Source: Orbicella franksi (taxonomy: Eukaryota). From it: DNA of 64,000 nucleotides. A program made the translations under genes and the position numbers. The notes under the pieces were generated by a model. That model saw only the letters and a list, made by a program, of their open reading frames with translations, did not search any database and had not been told where the DNA came from. Shown here one piece after another: positions 1 to 10,723 of the stretch. The stretch spans positions 32,736,001-32,800,000 of the forward strand of contig OZ116702.1 of NCBI GenBank assembly GCA_964199315.1. Reading direction: 5' to 3'. The first letter of the stretch is position 1; each line of letters starts with the position of its first letter.

Positions 1-229
1 TAGGCGTGGCCTGTTTTAGCGCCGTGAGAAAAAAACTGCTTCTCGCCGTTGTTTTGTAAGTTGTCTAACATGTGTGGGCCCTTACGCTTTTCATAATTTA
101 ACCCTTTAGATTTTAGGGTCAATCCCGATTCAATTAAAGCGCTTCTTATTTTTAAATCCGAGGTTAAAATGCTACTGTGTGTTCAAGCTATTTGAAAAGC
201 AATATTTATACATTCTTGTGCTACTTTTT

Positions 230-452
230 GTACAAGGTAGTACTAGCTTTTAAGTCTGTGGATGAAACCCTAGTGAAAGCTATTGGGTAGCACTTTCATG
301 TGGTACTGTTTATTATGCTGTACAAGGTGGCTCTAACTTTTAAGTCTATGGATGAAACCCTAGTGTGTGACCATTCAAATGAAAGCTATTGAGCAGTCCT
401 TTCATGTGGTACTGTTTATTATGCTGTACAAGGTGGTTCTACATTTCAAGTC
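230..452 (+). repeat. Short tandem array of a ~107-bp satellite-like unit (2 copies plus a partial third)
   Basis: Unit 'gtacaaggtgg..ctaacttttaagtct.tggatgaaaccctagtg..gaaagctattg..actttcatgtggtactgtttattatgct' restarts at about 230, 319 and 426; the first copy has an internal deletion. Confidence 0.85.
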
Positions 453-1685
453 CGTTCACCAATGTTATGAAAGCTTTAGGGTATAGTACTTTCATGTGAC
501 CACTTAGCGAGTCCAAATTTCAAAAAGAATCTGTCCGGTTGGTAAAAAAAAGCAGTCATATTTTCATCGGCTTCTAATTAATCAAGTGGGGTCACAGCAG
601 TTAGCAGTCTATCGTACACTGTTTTCATTATAAAGAAAACATTTCTGTCAGTGACATAAACCAAGCCAGTTTCCATAGACATACCGAGTGCATTTTTGAA
701 GGTATTTAAACGAGCAAAATCTATCGATCCGTTTATAGAATAAAATTCGTTTGTCCGTATTCCTCCACGAACCCGTTTATAAAAGTATAAAAAAAAACCG
801 AGGGAACCAACCCGGGGAACTTAAATTGCGCTGGTGTTTTTCACTCCTGAATTATGGTATACTTCGCCTGAGCATGTTTACGAACTTCCCAAAATGTATA
901 CAGCACAGTTTGTGGTGGATTGTAATGTCCAATTTTCCAACATTTTTAAAGTATTCATTCTTCCAGGATTTCATCAGTTGTTTCTTTTTTTCAAATACTT
1001 CAATGTATCCATGGTGTTTGTCACAGATGAGACCAAGATGACACAACGGCGCCTAATTTATCAGTCCTGCAATCAAAACAGAATCTCAGCGATCCACGTT
1101 ATACACAGCAGTCTGATGGGATAGGCCAGTGCGAAATAGCACTGTTAAGCACTCTAGCAAGAAGCTATAGCGGCGTGCTAATGTCGAGCCGTGTTTTACA
1201 TTTGATTGTTATCATAGAACGCTTTCCAGGTAAATTAGATTACAGGAGTTCACAGAAATGTCCTTGGATTTATTGCAGCTCGGAGTGATTCTTCAACACC
1301 AAATATGATACTCATAAAATTTGACCCTTTGAAAACATGATATAAAGTGGTTGTGATATGACATTTACCAGGGAAATGAGGCCTATCGATTGATTCAAAA
1401 GGGCGTGGCCTGATGGCGCGATCGCGCTTAAACATACGACAGGTGTCTGTAGAACGCGCTTTTGAGCGTGAAAGAAACGTTTCATAGCCCGCCTTTGGAG
1501 CGGGAAATTGTTCAAAGGACTGTGTAAGGTGGCTAACATTACTCAAGGAGCACATTTCTGCTTGTTTTTGTAACGCGTGTCCGAATTCATCACACTCGTC
1601 AAATCCGTTTATCGAGGCCGCATTTGGAATGTCCCGTAAAATAATAATAAAGACTTTAATATCCTCAAGCAGACGTTGATGCTAA

Positions 1686-1746
1686 AGATAAGGGCAATCT
1701 TCTGCCAATCTCCCATTGGCATTATCTTTAATATGGGAGGTCTGTA
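1686..1746 (+). promoter_or_regulatory. Proximal cis-module of Hlx gene 1: GATA / inverted CCAAT pair / GATA / GLI-type site
   Basis: AGATAA 1686-1691; TGCCAAT 1703-1709 and ATTGGCA 1715-1721 (perfect 7-bp inverted pair, 5-nt spacer); TTATCT 1722-1727; TGGGAGGTC 1734-1742. Lies 82-142 nt upstream of the ATG; three motifs recur in the same order upstream of the paralogue. Function is inferred. Confidence 0.6.
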
Positions 1747-1827
1747 AGTAGAGTACCTGTGTCGCGCTTATGCGGTGTCACAACTCCATGTCAGCGTTGA
1801 CTTACAAGAGCTCTTATCCAACACAGC

Positions 1828-4800
1828 ATGTTTAACTCGCCTCATTTAGTTTACTGTAACTGTGCCTCGGCGCCGTTGCTTTACTGCCCGAGTGTTCACT
1901 CCATGTGGAACTGCTCCATTCCAAACCCACCGTCCGTATACAGAGCGTCTTTAGATGCAGTGGCCACACACAGTGGCGCGAGCGTGCAAGAGGAAAACAC
2001 CGAGACAATCTCGGCGAGTAGAAACCTCAAATTTGGCATTGAGAACATCCTGTATGGACAACTGCAGTCAGGTAGGTCGCTGAGCAAAAGTGCAAAACGT
2101 ACCTAGCTTGTTAAACGGTTGTAATTGCAGTGTACCTCTGACTAATTCTTTAGGCTGTATCTTTCGGTCAGTCTAACTCAACGAGAACGTGTCAACCGAC
2201 TTCGTTGTTCTTCAACTCAATTCTGAGGACGCGAACCTTTTGGCTATTGCTTTATCAATGATCATTTTAGTGCAGTGTTAATTGAGATTTTACTGGTTAT
2301 TCACACTTGATATTTTCGTTATTGCTATACCCATTTCAGTCATATTAGACTCATATTCATGGACTGTTTCTTACAAAGATTGACAGCCTGTACGCGGTTT
2401 CAGTCCATGATCAGTTTGTGTCGCTTAATGTGCAATTGTCATCCATCGGTGAACTGACTCATTGCTTTGATGAGATAAGATAAATTTTTGTTTACCATTT
2501 ACCCTGTAATGTTTTTTTTTTAATCATTTAATGGCTGTTCCATATTGCGAGCATTGTTTAACGTTCCAGATTCGGTAAACACGAATATAAATAGCCGGTC
2601 AAATTTTGTAACTAAATGGCACACGCTTGCGAACAGCGCACGCGGCCGTCACCGCAAGCCTGACTGAACTTCACCTAACCTGATCAGCTATAGTGGTTTT
2701 AACTTGTATCTCAAGGAAGTCTTTAAGCAATTATCAAAATTGCAGACTATATATTGCGTATTTGACGTTGCTCCATTCCATACAGTCGTTTCTAGCACTG
2801 CGCACGACCAGTGAAAGAGGACGTCCTTTGTGGCTTAATTCTCTCGGCGTTTCAACTAACTCTCAGTTCTTCGTGATAATGTCTTAGCGGAAGACGTGGC
2901 CTTCATTCTTCGCCGTTTTGCTTGAGAAATCAATAGGTTAAATGCTTGGCGGAAAATAACTTGATTGCGAAGAATACTGGAAACGCGGATATTTCCCTCT
3001 CCAGGGTTACGGCATAGATTTCAGAATTAGATCACTGAAGAACAAGCTTGGATTTATGATAACTACGTGGAAATCAACCAAATTTAAGACTTAGCAAGAC
3101 CTAACCCAGACAACATTTAAATAATTTCAAATTTTCTACCAGAAACAGAACCGGTTTAGTCTTAACCTTACCTGCCGACAATGGTTTTTATATATTTACC
3201 TTACTCTCCTTAATATGACACGAATTGCATTTTCCTTTCTTGTTAGCGAGTGACACAATCCTCATTTATACTTGATTTACAGAGTCTAATAATTGTTCTT
3301 GTTATTTTAGGTTTATGTTATTACAAAAGGCTCGCTACGACCCATAAAACTCCGCCGACGTTAAAGTAAACTCAATTAATTTCATGACTATAAATTTGAG
3401 TTTAGATTAACACATGAAAAAATAAATTCAATAGGCTTCAGGTCATCGTCTACATACACGAATCCGCAATAAGCACGGCCTGCAAACAGAGAACAAGTTT
3501 TTAGTCCGAACGGAAGAAAATTATCAGTTTAGAAAGGTGTAAATGTACTTCAACGGACATAAGCAACGAAACACTGAAATTACGGCTAAGGGACAAAACA
3601 CGGATCTCGTTTTATTGTTGTTTCAGTATCGTACTACCTGTTCTAAGTCGAAAGATCAGGAAACGATGTTACTGATTCTGGAAGATTTTAAAAACGGGGC
3701 AAAAAACTTACGTAAATAGTACGTCCGGAGCATTAGGCTAATTCCAAATTGTATTTAGTGAGCGATCATGGACAACATGAAAGCAAAAACACAGCAGTTT
3801 TCTGTGTTCGTTTTGCGTGGGGTGATGTTATTTTGCGGTTAAATAAACAAAATTTGAAGTTCTATGCAACAATTCATTAATTATAATATCCGTTCGAAAG
3901 AGCTTTGAAGGAGACGTTTCACTTTGCACACACTGGACATGAACGAGATTAAAAGCAGGCGATGAAATACCTCTTTTGGCTTCTCATTCCATGCCTGTTA
4001 AAGCCCATATAAATGCCATGAATGCAGAAAGTGTTTACCGCATATTTATCACGTTAGTCCCAGCTGAAATGTGTTAATAGTATTAGCAATTTTAAGTACT
4101 TTATGACAATTAATCACAAACACTACCCAAAGAATACAATCCAAAGTTATGAGATCGCTTGCATTTGCTATTCTTTTCACACATATACCTTGCCCCTCAT
4201 CCTTAATTGAATGTCTTGGCTTTTGTTATTTTTAACAACTAACTGCTATCGTGGAACGGAAATGATTTGATTTTTTAAAGACTAACCTGAAATTGATACA
4301 TTCTCAACCGAAAGGCATGGCGGACGATCCTTTCTTTCACGAGAAGTAGAGTTTGCATGAATGTTTGGTCTTTGCGACCTATCCAAAAAGCCGTGTCAAT
4401 AAAATGATGTTTTCTGTTTTGTAGAGGGAGAGTTGATATGGATTTTTGGTCTCTTTAGGTCTGTTTAGGTGCCTCTATGGTAAAGAAAGAGGAATTATGA
4501 AGTTTGGCCTTTACGCTTCACCCGATAATACTGTACTGTAGAGTCGGGAACGGTTTTACGAAATAACGTCTCTCCGGCCGGGACCAGTGTTTATAAGACA
4601 CGGTTTATGTGAATGTTAGTCTCTCTGAGGCTGAACGTTATGTCATTAAGACTAGTATTAATCATGGTAGTGTCTGTTGGAGTAGCCTTTTGAGTGCTTT
4701 GATCGACTAAACTGAGTAATGGTTAAACTGTTCACTTCTGGGCTCGTAATCGAATCCTTTGCAATTGAAGCAAAACGACGAAGTTTAAACACGGAAGCAA

Positions 4801-6865
4801 GAATCAGTTTGAATCAAAACCGAAAACTAACCATACAGCAAATAAATTGTAACACGAAATTTCTCTTTGTATTGCTTGACACTCGATGTACTCTGTGTTT
4901 TTTTCAAGGTAATTATTGTGTAGGGTAATTTTGATGATTTCGATCTATACTAATTGTCATAAGATTGTTTTATAGTTTACTTTACTGATACTTTACATTC
5001 AAGCCTGTTAATAGCTTTCTAATAGTCTGTAGCTCATTGATATTTGCTTCTCTTTTCCCCTACGTTGGTTCAACACGGCTAGCTCTGCTGATCTAGTTTA
5101 GGATATTTGTTAGAATCGGGGAAAACGCTGATACCGAAATGCTGAGTATTACACAACAGCGATTGCGCAAATCGTTCTTGAAAACCAAGTACGTTTTTGC
5201 CACTATTAGTATTCAGGAAAAGCAAAAGACCTACACATTTTTTTAGCGATTCCCTTATCACAGACTAGGTTTAGTTTCAGTTCAATTGCTAACTAAAAAT
5301 CAACCGCCATTGTCAAACACAGATAAGCAACCTCACGGATATTAACACTCGAACTTTCTATGAATATATATCCGTTTTTCGCCAGGGTATGTGGTTGTTT
5401 ATTATTGTTGTGCCGAAATGTTCAAAGTTGGGTGATTCTGCGATAACATAGTCACGATCGAACGCAAAGTTGCTTTTCCAATTCAGTAAACTTTGAAAGC
5501 CTTCCAATTTCGATTACATCGATTGACTAATTCGAAACGCCTTACTCTATGTCGATGAGTGAGTACCCATGAAGTCGACTCAGATAATTGATATCGCTTG
5601 GAAGTTCACATCAGATACGGGGAATAAACTTAACTAACGTCAAAAAAGGAATCTGGCTTTGGGCACGAAAAGATTTATACCAAAGATAGATGGACAAATA
5701 TGGCAACCATTCAGTTTCTGAAAATCATCACATGGTCTTGCTCAATGGCCAGTTTTGCACATAACAAAACATCCATCTCTTCACATGGGCGTTATCTTGA
5801 TTTCCGATGAGGTTTTTCTTGAAAGACAAAATTGCGTGTTAAAAACTTTTTAATATATTGCAAAATGATACTTGATCTAATCCATCTTTACAGTGAAATC
5901 TGTTAAATACATTTAATGTTAATCGGAAAGATCTAGGCTTTAAAATCTCGTATGTCATTGACAGTTCGCTCATTTCTTCTGCACGACATCAACGGATTGA
6001 TACAGATGTATTTGTTGTTTTAAAACAACAGTGTTAATTATATATATCCCTCATATTCATCCATTTACCAATCATCGAGGTTGACCACAGGAATTTCTTC
6101 CTATCAACCCGGCGGCGCCAACGCAAAGCGACTAGCAACTGCTTTCTTCTGCCGTAAGCCGGCTCTGTACAAAGTCTGCAAAATCTTTCTTCCGTGACCT
6201 TGCTTTTGGCAAAAGACCTTTTTACTGAGGGCCTATTGTACTCTGTGACTTGTCAGCTACAAACAACATCTTTATTTAAATCTCTGGAAACTTTAATTTC
6301 ACCTTTTGAAAGTGATAACTAGATACGGGCCATGCTTTCCAGCAATTGAAGTTCTGATCCAGTCTTGTTCAACACTTAAAGCATGCAGTTCTTGCACTAC
6401 TGCAAAATTTAGAATTACATCTAGGGGTAATGATGCGCCATGCACCTCTCAGAAGTCCTGACAGGATAGTTTGAGAAATCAATCAGTGAATAGAACAAAT
6501 GACAGACACACCTTAAAACAAGGGTGCAAGGTGCGAAAAGCGAGAACGTCCGACAGTACCCGAGAGTTGACGAACAGTTCACGAAAGTCCAGCTCTCCAG
6601 AGCTATCAAACGAGCGCGACTAAACAAAGAGAGGAACGAACACTCGAATTGACAAAAATTGCGCAGTACGTGTGTGAAAGGCCTTGGTTAAATTGCTGGT
6701 TTTCAGTGTCACGCAATTCAAAATAGATCAAAATAAAAATCAAAACCGGTCAATAGATAAAGTCCAGAATCTGGGAAATGAAAGAAGGTAAATATGCAAA
6801 GACTCTCGCCAAAATTCTGGTCACAGCAATTTTTCTTATGCGAGATACGTGGAGAAATTTTTTAC

Positions 6866-6909
<44 letters not shown>

Positions 6910-6945
6910 TCCGTATGGGCACCAACATGGCGGCCGGAAACCAAC

Positions 6946-6991
<46 letters not shown>

Positions 6992-7121
6992 CTCGAGGAA
7001 CTCTAAAACACTAAAATAATATTTTTTTTTAAGACATGAACTGTTCAGATAGCCAAGTGCCCCGAATGAAGTCACTTTTTTAACCATCATGACAGCTCTC
7101 TAGGCCGTCATGTAAATGCCG

Positions 7122-7154
<33 letters not shown>

Positions 7155-7858
7155 GTATCACAAAACCAAGAACCCATTCGGAGTGAAAATTTGTTTGAAT
7201 ATCAGTTTTCAGCTGCTCTTATACATAATTAAAGTGAAATCTAAGTAAGATCAATAGTTTTGTGGTTCGAATTTTAGTGACGTCATGTGAAAACCAGCTA
7301 TTAACAGCTGAAAACGTTGATGACTGGGAGAGAGGGTTTCCGTTTTAGGTCACTCTTATGTTCGTTTCCCCTGGGGTTAAGATTCGATTTGAATGCTGAT
7401 GTCGTACTAACTTGCAACACTGTGATGGTTTTTCAGATCATCGTCATGGAGTCCACAGTCAATTTTCACACAACCGAGAACTCAGCTATATCTCTCATCA
7501 GCCTTTCACCCCGCCCATGCGCACTTCCAGCCGCCCTTGGTGTCGCCCAGTCTTCACGCAGCTGCAGCGGCGAGGACTGGAAAAGCGTTTTCAGGTCACC
7601 AAATACGTCACCAAACGGGAACGGTTACAGATCGGCGCCATGTTGGGTTTGTCAGAAACGCAAGTAAAAGTGTGGTTCCAAAACAGGAGAACAAAGTGGA
7701 GGCACGAGGCTGCGCGCAAAGAAGAAAAGCAAAAAGAGCAAGCTTTAAACAAGGCGAAGGAAAACCAGAAACCCGAGACGAGTGAGATTGGCGAGACACA
7801 AGAAAATGAAGAGGAATGTCTGTCCAGTAACAAAGAGACTTTACTGGAGGAACCTTAA
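1828..7858 (+). CDS. HLX: Hlx (H2.0-like, ANTP/NKL class) homeobox protein, 2 exons, 221 aa
   Basis: join(1828..2071,7437..7858). Exon 1 ends after an eh1 motif (LKFGIENIL) at TCAG|gtaggt, phase 1. Exon 2 acceptor ttttcag|AT with branch point TACTAAC at 7405-7411; phases match. Homeodomain [60 protein letters not shown] has the Hlx-diagnostic W3 and GLEKRF/KYVTK; about 40/60 identical to human HLX as I remember it. Confidence 0.88.
6691..7302. mobile_element. MITE (non-autonomous DNA transposon) in the Hlx gene 1 intron
   Basis: Ends aattgctggttttca (6691) and tgaaaaccagctatt (to 7302) are ~15-bp inverted repeats; internal palindrome catgttggtgcccatccgtatgggcaccaacatg at ~6897-6930; no coding capacity. 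Confidence 0.75.
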
Positions 7859-8044
7859 TAACACTGATGAACATTTTGGAAGTCACGATATCTCAGTGTA
7901 TACTCACTGTAGAAGCAGCATTCTTGCCATTATTATCTGAAAGACTGTTTTGGTCGTAGAATGATAGAAATCACAATTTAATGGACATCACTCAGAGGCA
8001 CGCCTCTCCTCACAGTGAACACTATCACCTCATATTCGATCAAC

Positions 8045-8221
8045 TAGGCTATTTCCCTTCTGTCACTGTATCAAAACAAATCTTCGCGCGAGACCATTCA
8101 TATGCAAATGCTTTCATCTCCACATTCATTTTCGTGCAAATCAAACTCATTTTCATAAGAAAAAGCTTTTCAAGAGGACACGTTTTAAAACAGAGGCAAA
8201 AGGCAATTCGGAAATGACCTA
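8045..8221. mobile_element. Short MITE
   Basis: Terminal inverted repeats taggctatttcc ... ggaaatgaccta. Confidence 0.6.
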
Positions 8222-10586
8222 GGTTTTGCTGGAAAGACAGGGCAAGGTTAAAAGCTATCTAACATTGCCTCGGATTAGATTAATATTATAGTGAGCTTTT
8301 TCAGTGACAAGAAAAAAACGGAGTTCACAAGGAACTTGAATTTTACGATTAAACGGACCGGCAGCTTGATGCTGTTACAACGGAACCCATAATGTGACAT
8401 TTATACGAACAGGGTGGAGGCCCGGGCCAGTATCAACTCGGGCCTATAAAATAAGGTCTATCAGCTCGGATCTATAAACTCGGGTCTATCAGCTCGGATC
8501 TATGATAGTGACCCAAGCTCAAATCAAGTCTACTAACTTATCATTTCTTTTGATTTTACCTCTGGAAATCCACAGTGAAACGTCAATTAAGACAATTTCT
8601 AGATGTCAATAATTCTTTGTATTTTGTGTATTTTATGACATGATTTTGATATTGTCAGCAAACACATGACATGTTGATCGGAAGGACGATTTGCACTGGA
8701 TGAGTGCAGGAAACTAGACAGTACAACTCAGGCACTCGCTCACCACTCACATTGCTCATCTTTACCAATATTACGTTTACAACTGAATCACCCACCAATC
8801 AGGTGGATCTGTGATACACTCGACAAAATTTCAAAAGCCAATTTAAAGATAGAGTAAGTCATTCTGCTCCGTGATTCCCTCTTCCTTTCTGTAGTTAGTC
8901 AGGTCAATGACCATCAGCTGCTTGAGGCCGGCGGATAGCTAAAAAAGGTATTCTGCTAGGGAGGGAGAAGGCAAGATGATAAAGCGATTGCGAACTGAAA
9001 TGAGATAGAGCTAGTGAAAAAAGAACGCTTCAATTTTGGCCCGCCTGCCTCAAGACTAGGTTCCCTCGATCTCTCCGAAAAACGTCTAAAAGTAGCTACC
9101 GCAATTTTCGAAATTCTTCGTATTTTTAAACGTTGTACTACCACAGTGTTTTTCAAAAATGTAATAAATAAACATTAAATACCATACCAAAATGGTAAGG
9201 AACAACACCCTTCCTAAATTTAAAAGGAGCGTTAATATGAAAAGAAATAGGGGTAATGTTCAAATTGCGCAAGTTTCTATTTGCTCGTTGGCACTGTACC
9301 GGTAGGTATGACTAGTAAATAATTTATTTTGTGGAGAATTGTATTTTGTAAATTAAAAATTGTTCCTCATCTGTCTTCCCTCCGGGCATGCGCACTTCCA
9401 GTCGTCAAAAACAACATGGCCTTGTTCATGTTAGGGAACCGATTGGTGCGAGTTCATATAGGCAGCGGAAAAGCTGTTAAAATAAAATAAAACTAAAAAT
9501 AGGCATGTTAACACGAGAATTTGTTACTTACTTCGATCATGTTGTAATTATTTTATCTGAAGTGAAAGTCTTAAATAAAAAGGAAAAAAAGTTACTTTCA
9601 ACTGAAATGACTTTGAATGGCCGGAAAATCTGGCATACTTTGAATGAAACAAGCGGAAAGCACTCTCATTATCAGGATGAGCTCTTATGAACTCCAGGGC
9701 GTCTGTTATCAACATTTGGGATCATAGGAAAAATAGCTATGTTCCTGAAAGGAAAACAACATTAGGGACAAGATAAAAGAGGCGACAGAATGATAAGCAC
9801 CTCGCACGAAATCAAGAATGTTTTGCAGAAAAAAAAAAAAAAACCAGCGGCAAGTTTTGCAAGCAATGATTTTCAAAACTGGACCTAACGCAAATCAGAC
9901 CACACAGGATTCCAGATCAGGGAGGCAACACCGAACCATACTCCAAATAAACAGCATTTTAAGCACAGTTTTTTTAAAAGGGAAAGTTACCTAATTTAGC
10001 TACAAAGTCGTAAGGTCAGTCAGGACATAAAGCTGTCTACAGATTTAGTTCGTACCTCCCACAAGAAACTTGGATGTTTTGACACCTAGGTAGCGTGTAC
10101 CGGGGGTACGTCCCCCGGGTACCTCCCTGTTTAAGCTCTGGCACAAGTTATCAGAATTTACTTTAAATGGGAGTAAAGTCTTTTGAGCTGTGGCAGTATA
10201 AACGCAATATGGATTTTGCCTTTTTGAGTGAAGTTTTCCTCTTGAAAGTCAGCAAGGCCGATAGATTTTTCGATATAATCTTCATTTCTATCAACAGTCT
10301 GTAATGTGTAAATAAAGAAAAGAGCAAAGCACTTAATTCTTCGATTTCTACTTCTTCGGGTGAAATAGGGCGTGGATTGAAAAGAACAGGTCTGAAAAGG
10401 GTACGAGTCTTACAAGGTGTGGCGTGAAATATATTTGAAACAGAATCATACATTTGCTGTAAAATAAGGTAAGGGCTGCAAGAACCAAGTGGCGCACTCC
10501 CTCCAAAAATTCCAACAAGAACCCCCCGGAAGTGCAATGGTAACAGACTGATGCGTGCACGATGCGTGGAGAGATAGTCTATAACT

Positions 10587-10681
10587 GATAAGGTGATTGG
10601 CATAAACAGGTGTGGGACAGCGAACTTTGCCGACTGAGCTAAGCTGAATTTAGCCTTAGCTACTTGCGTGGGAGGTCTGTA
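10587..10681 (+). promoter_or_regulatory. Proximal cis-module of Hlx-like gene 2: GATA / CCAAT / GLI-type site
   Basis: GATAAGG 10587-10593, ATTGGCAT 10596-10603, TGGGAGGTCTGTA 10669-10681; all three strings are identical to, and in the same order as, those upstream of gene 1. Confidence 0.6.
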
Positions 10682-10723
10682 CCGCACGGAGTGGCTTTCT
10701 GTATCTCTCGAGTGAAGATAGCT

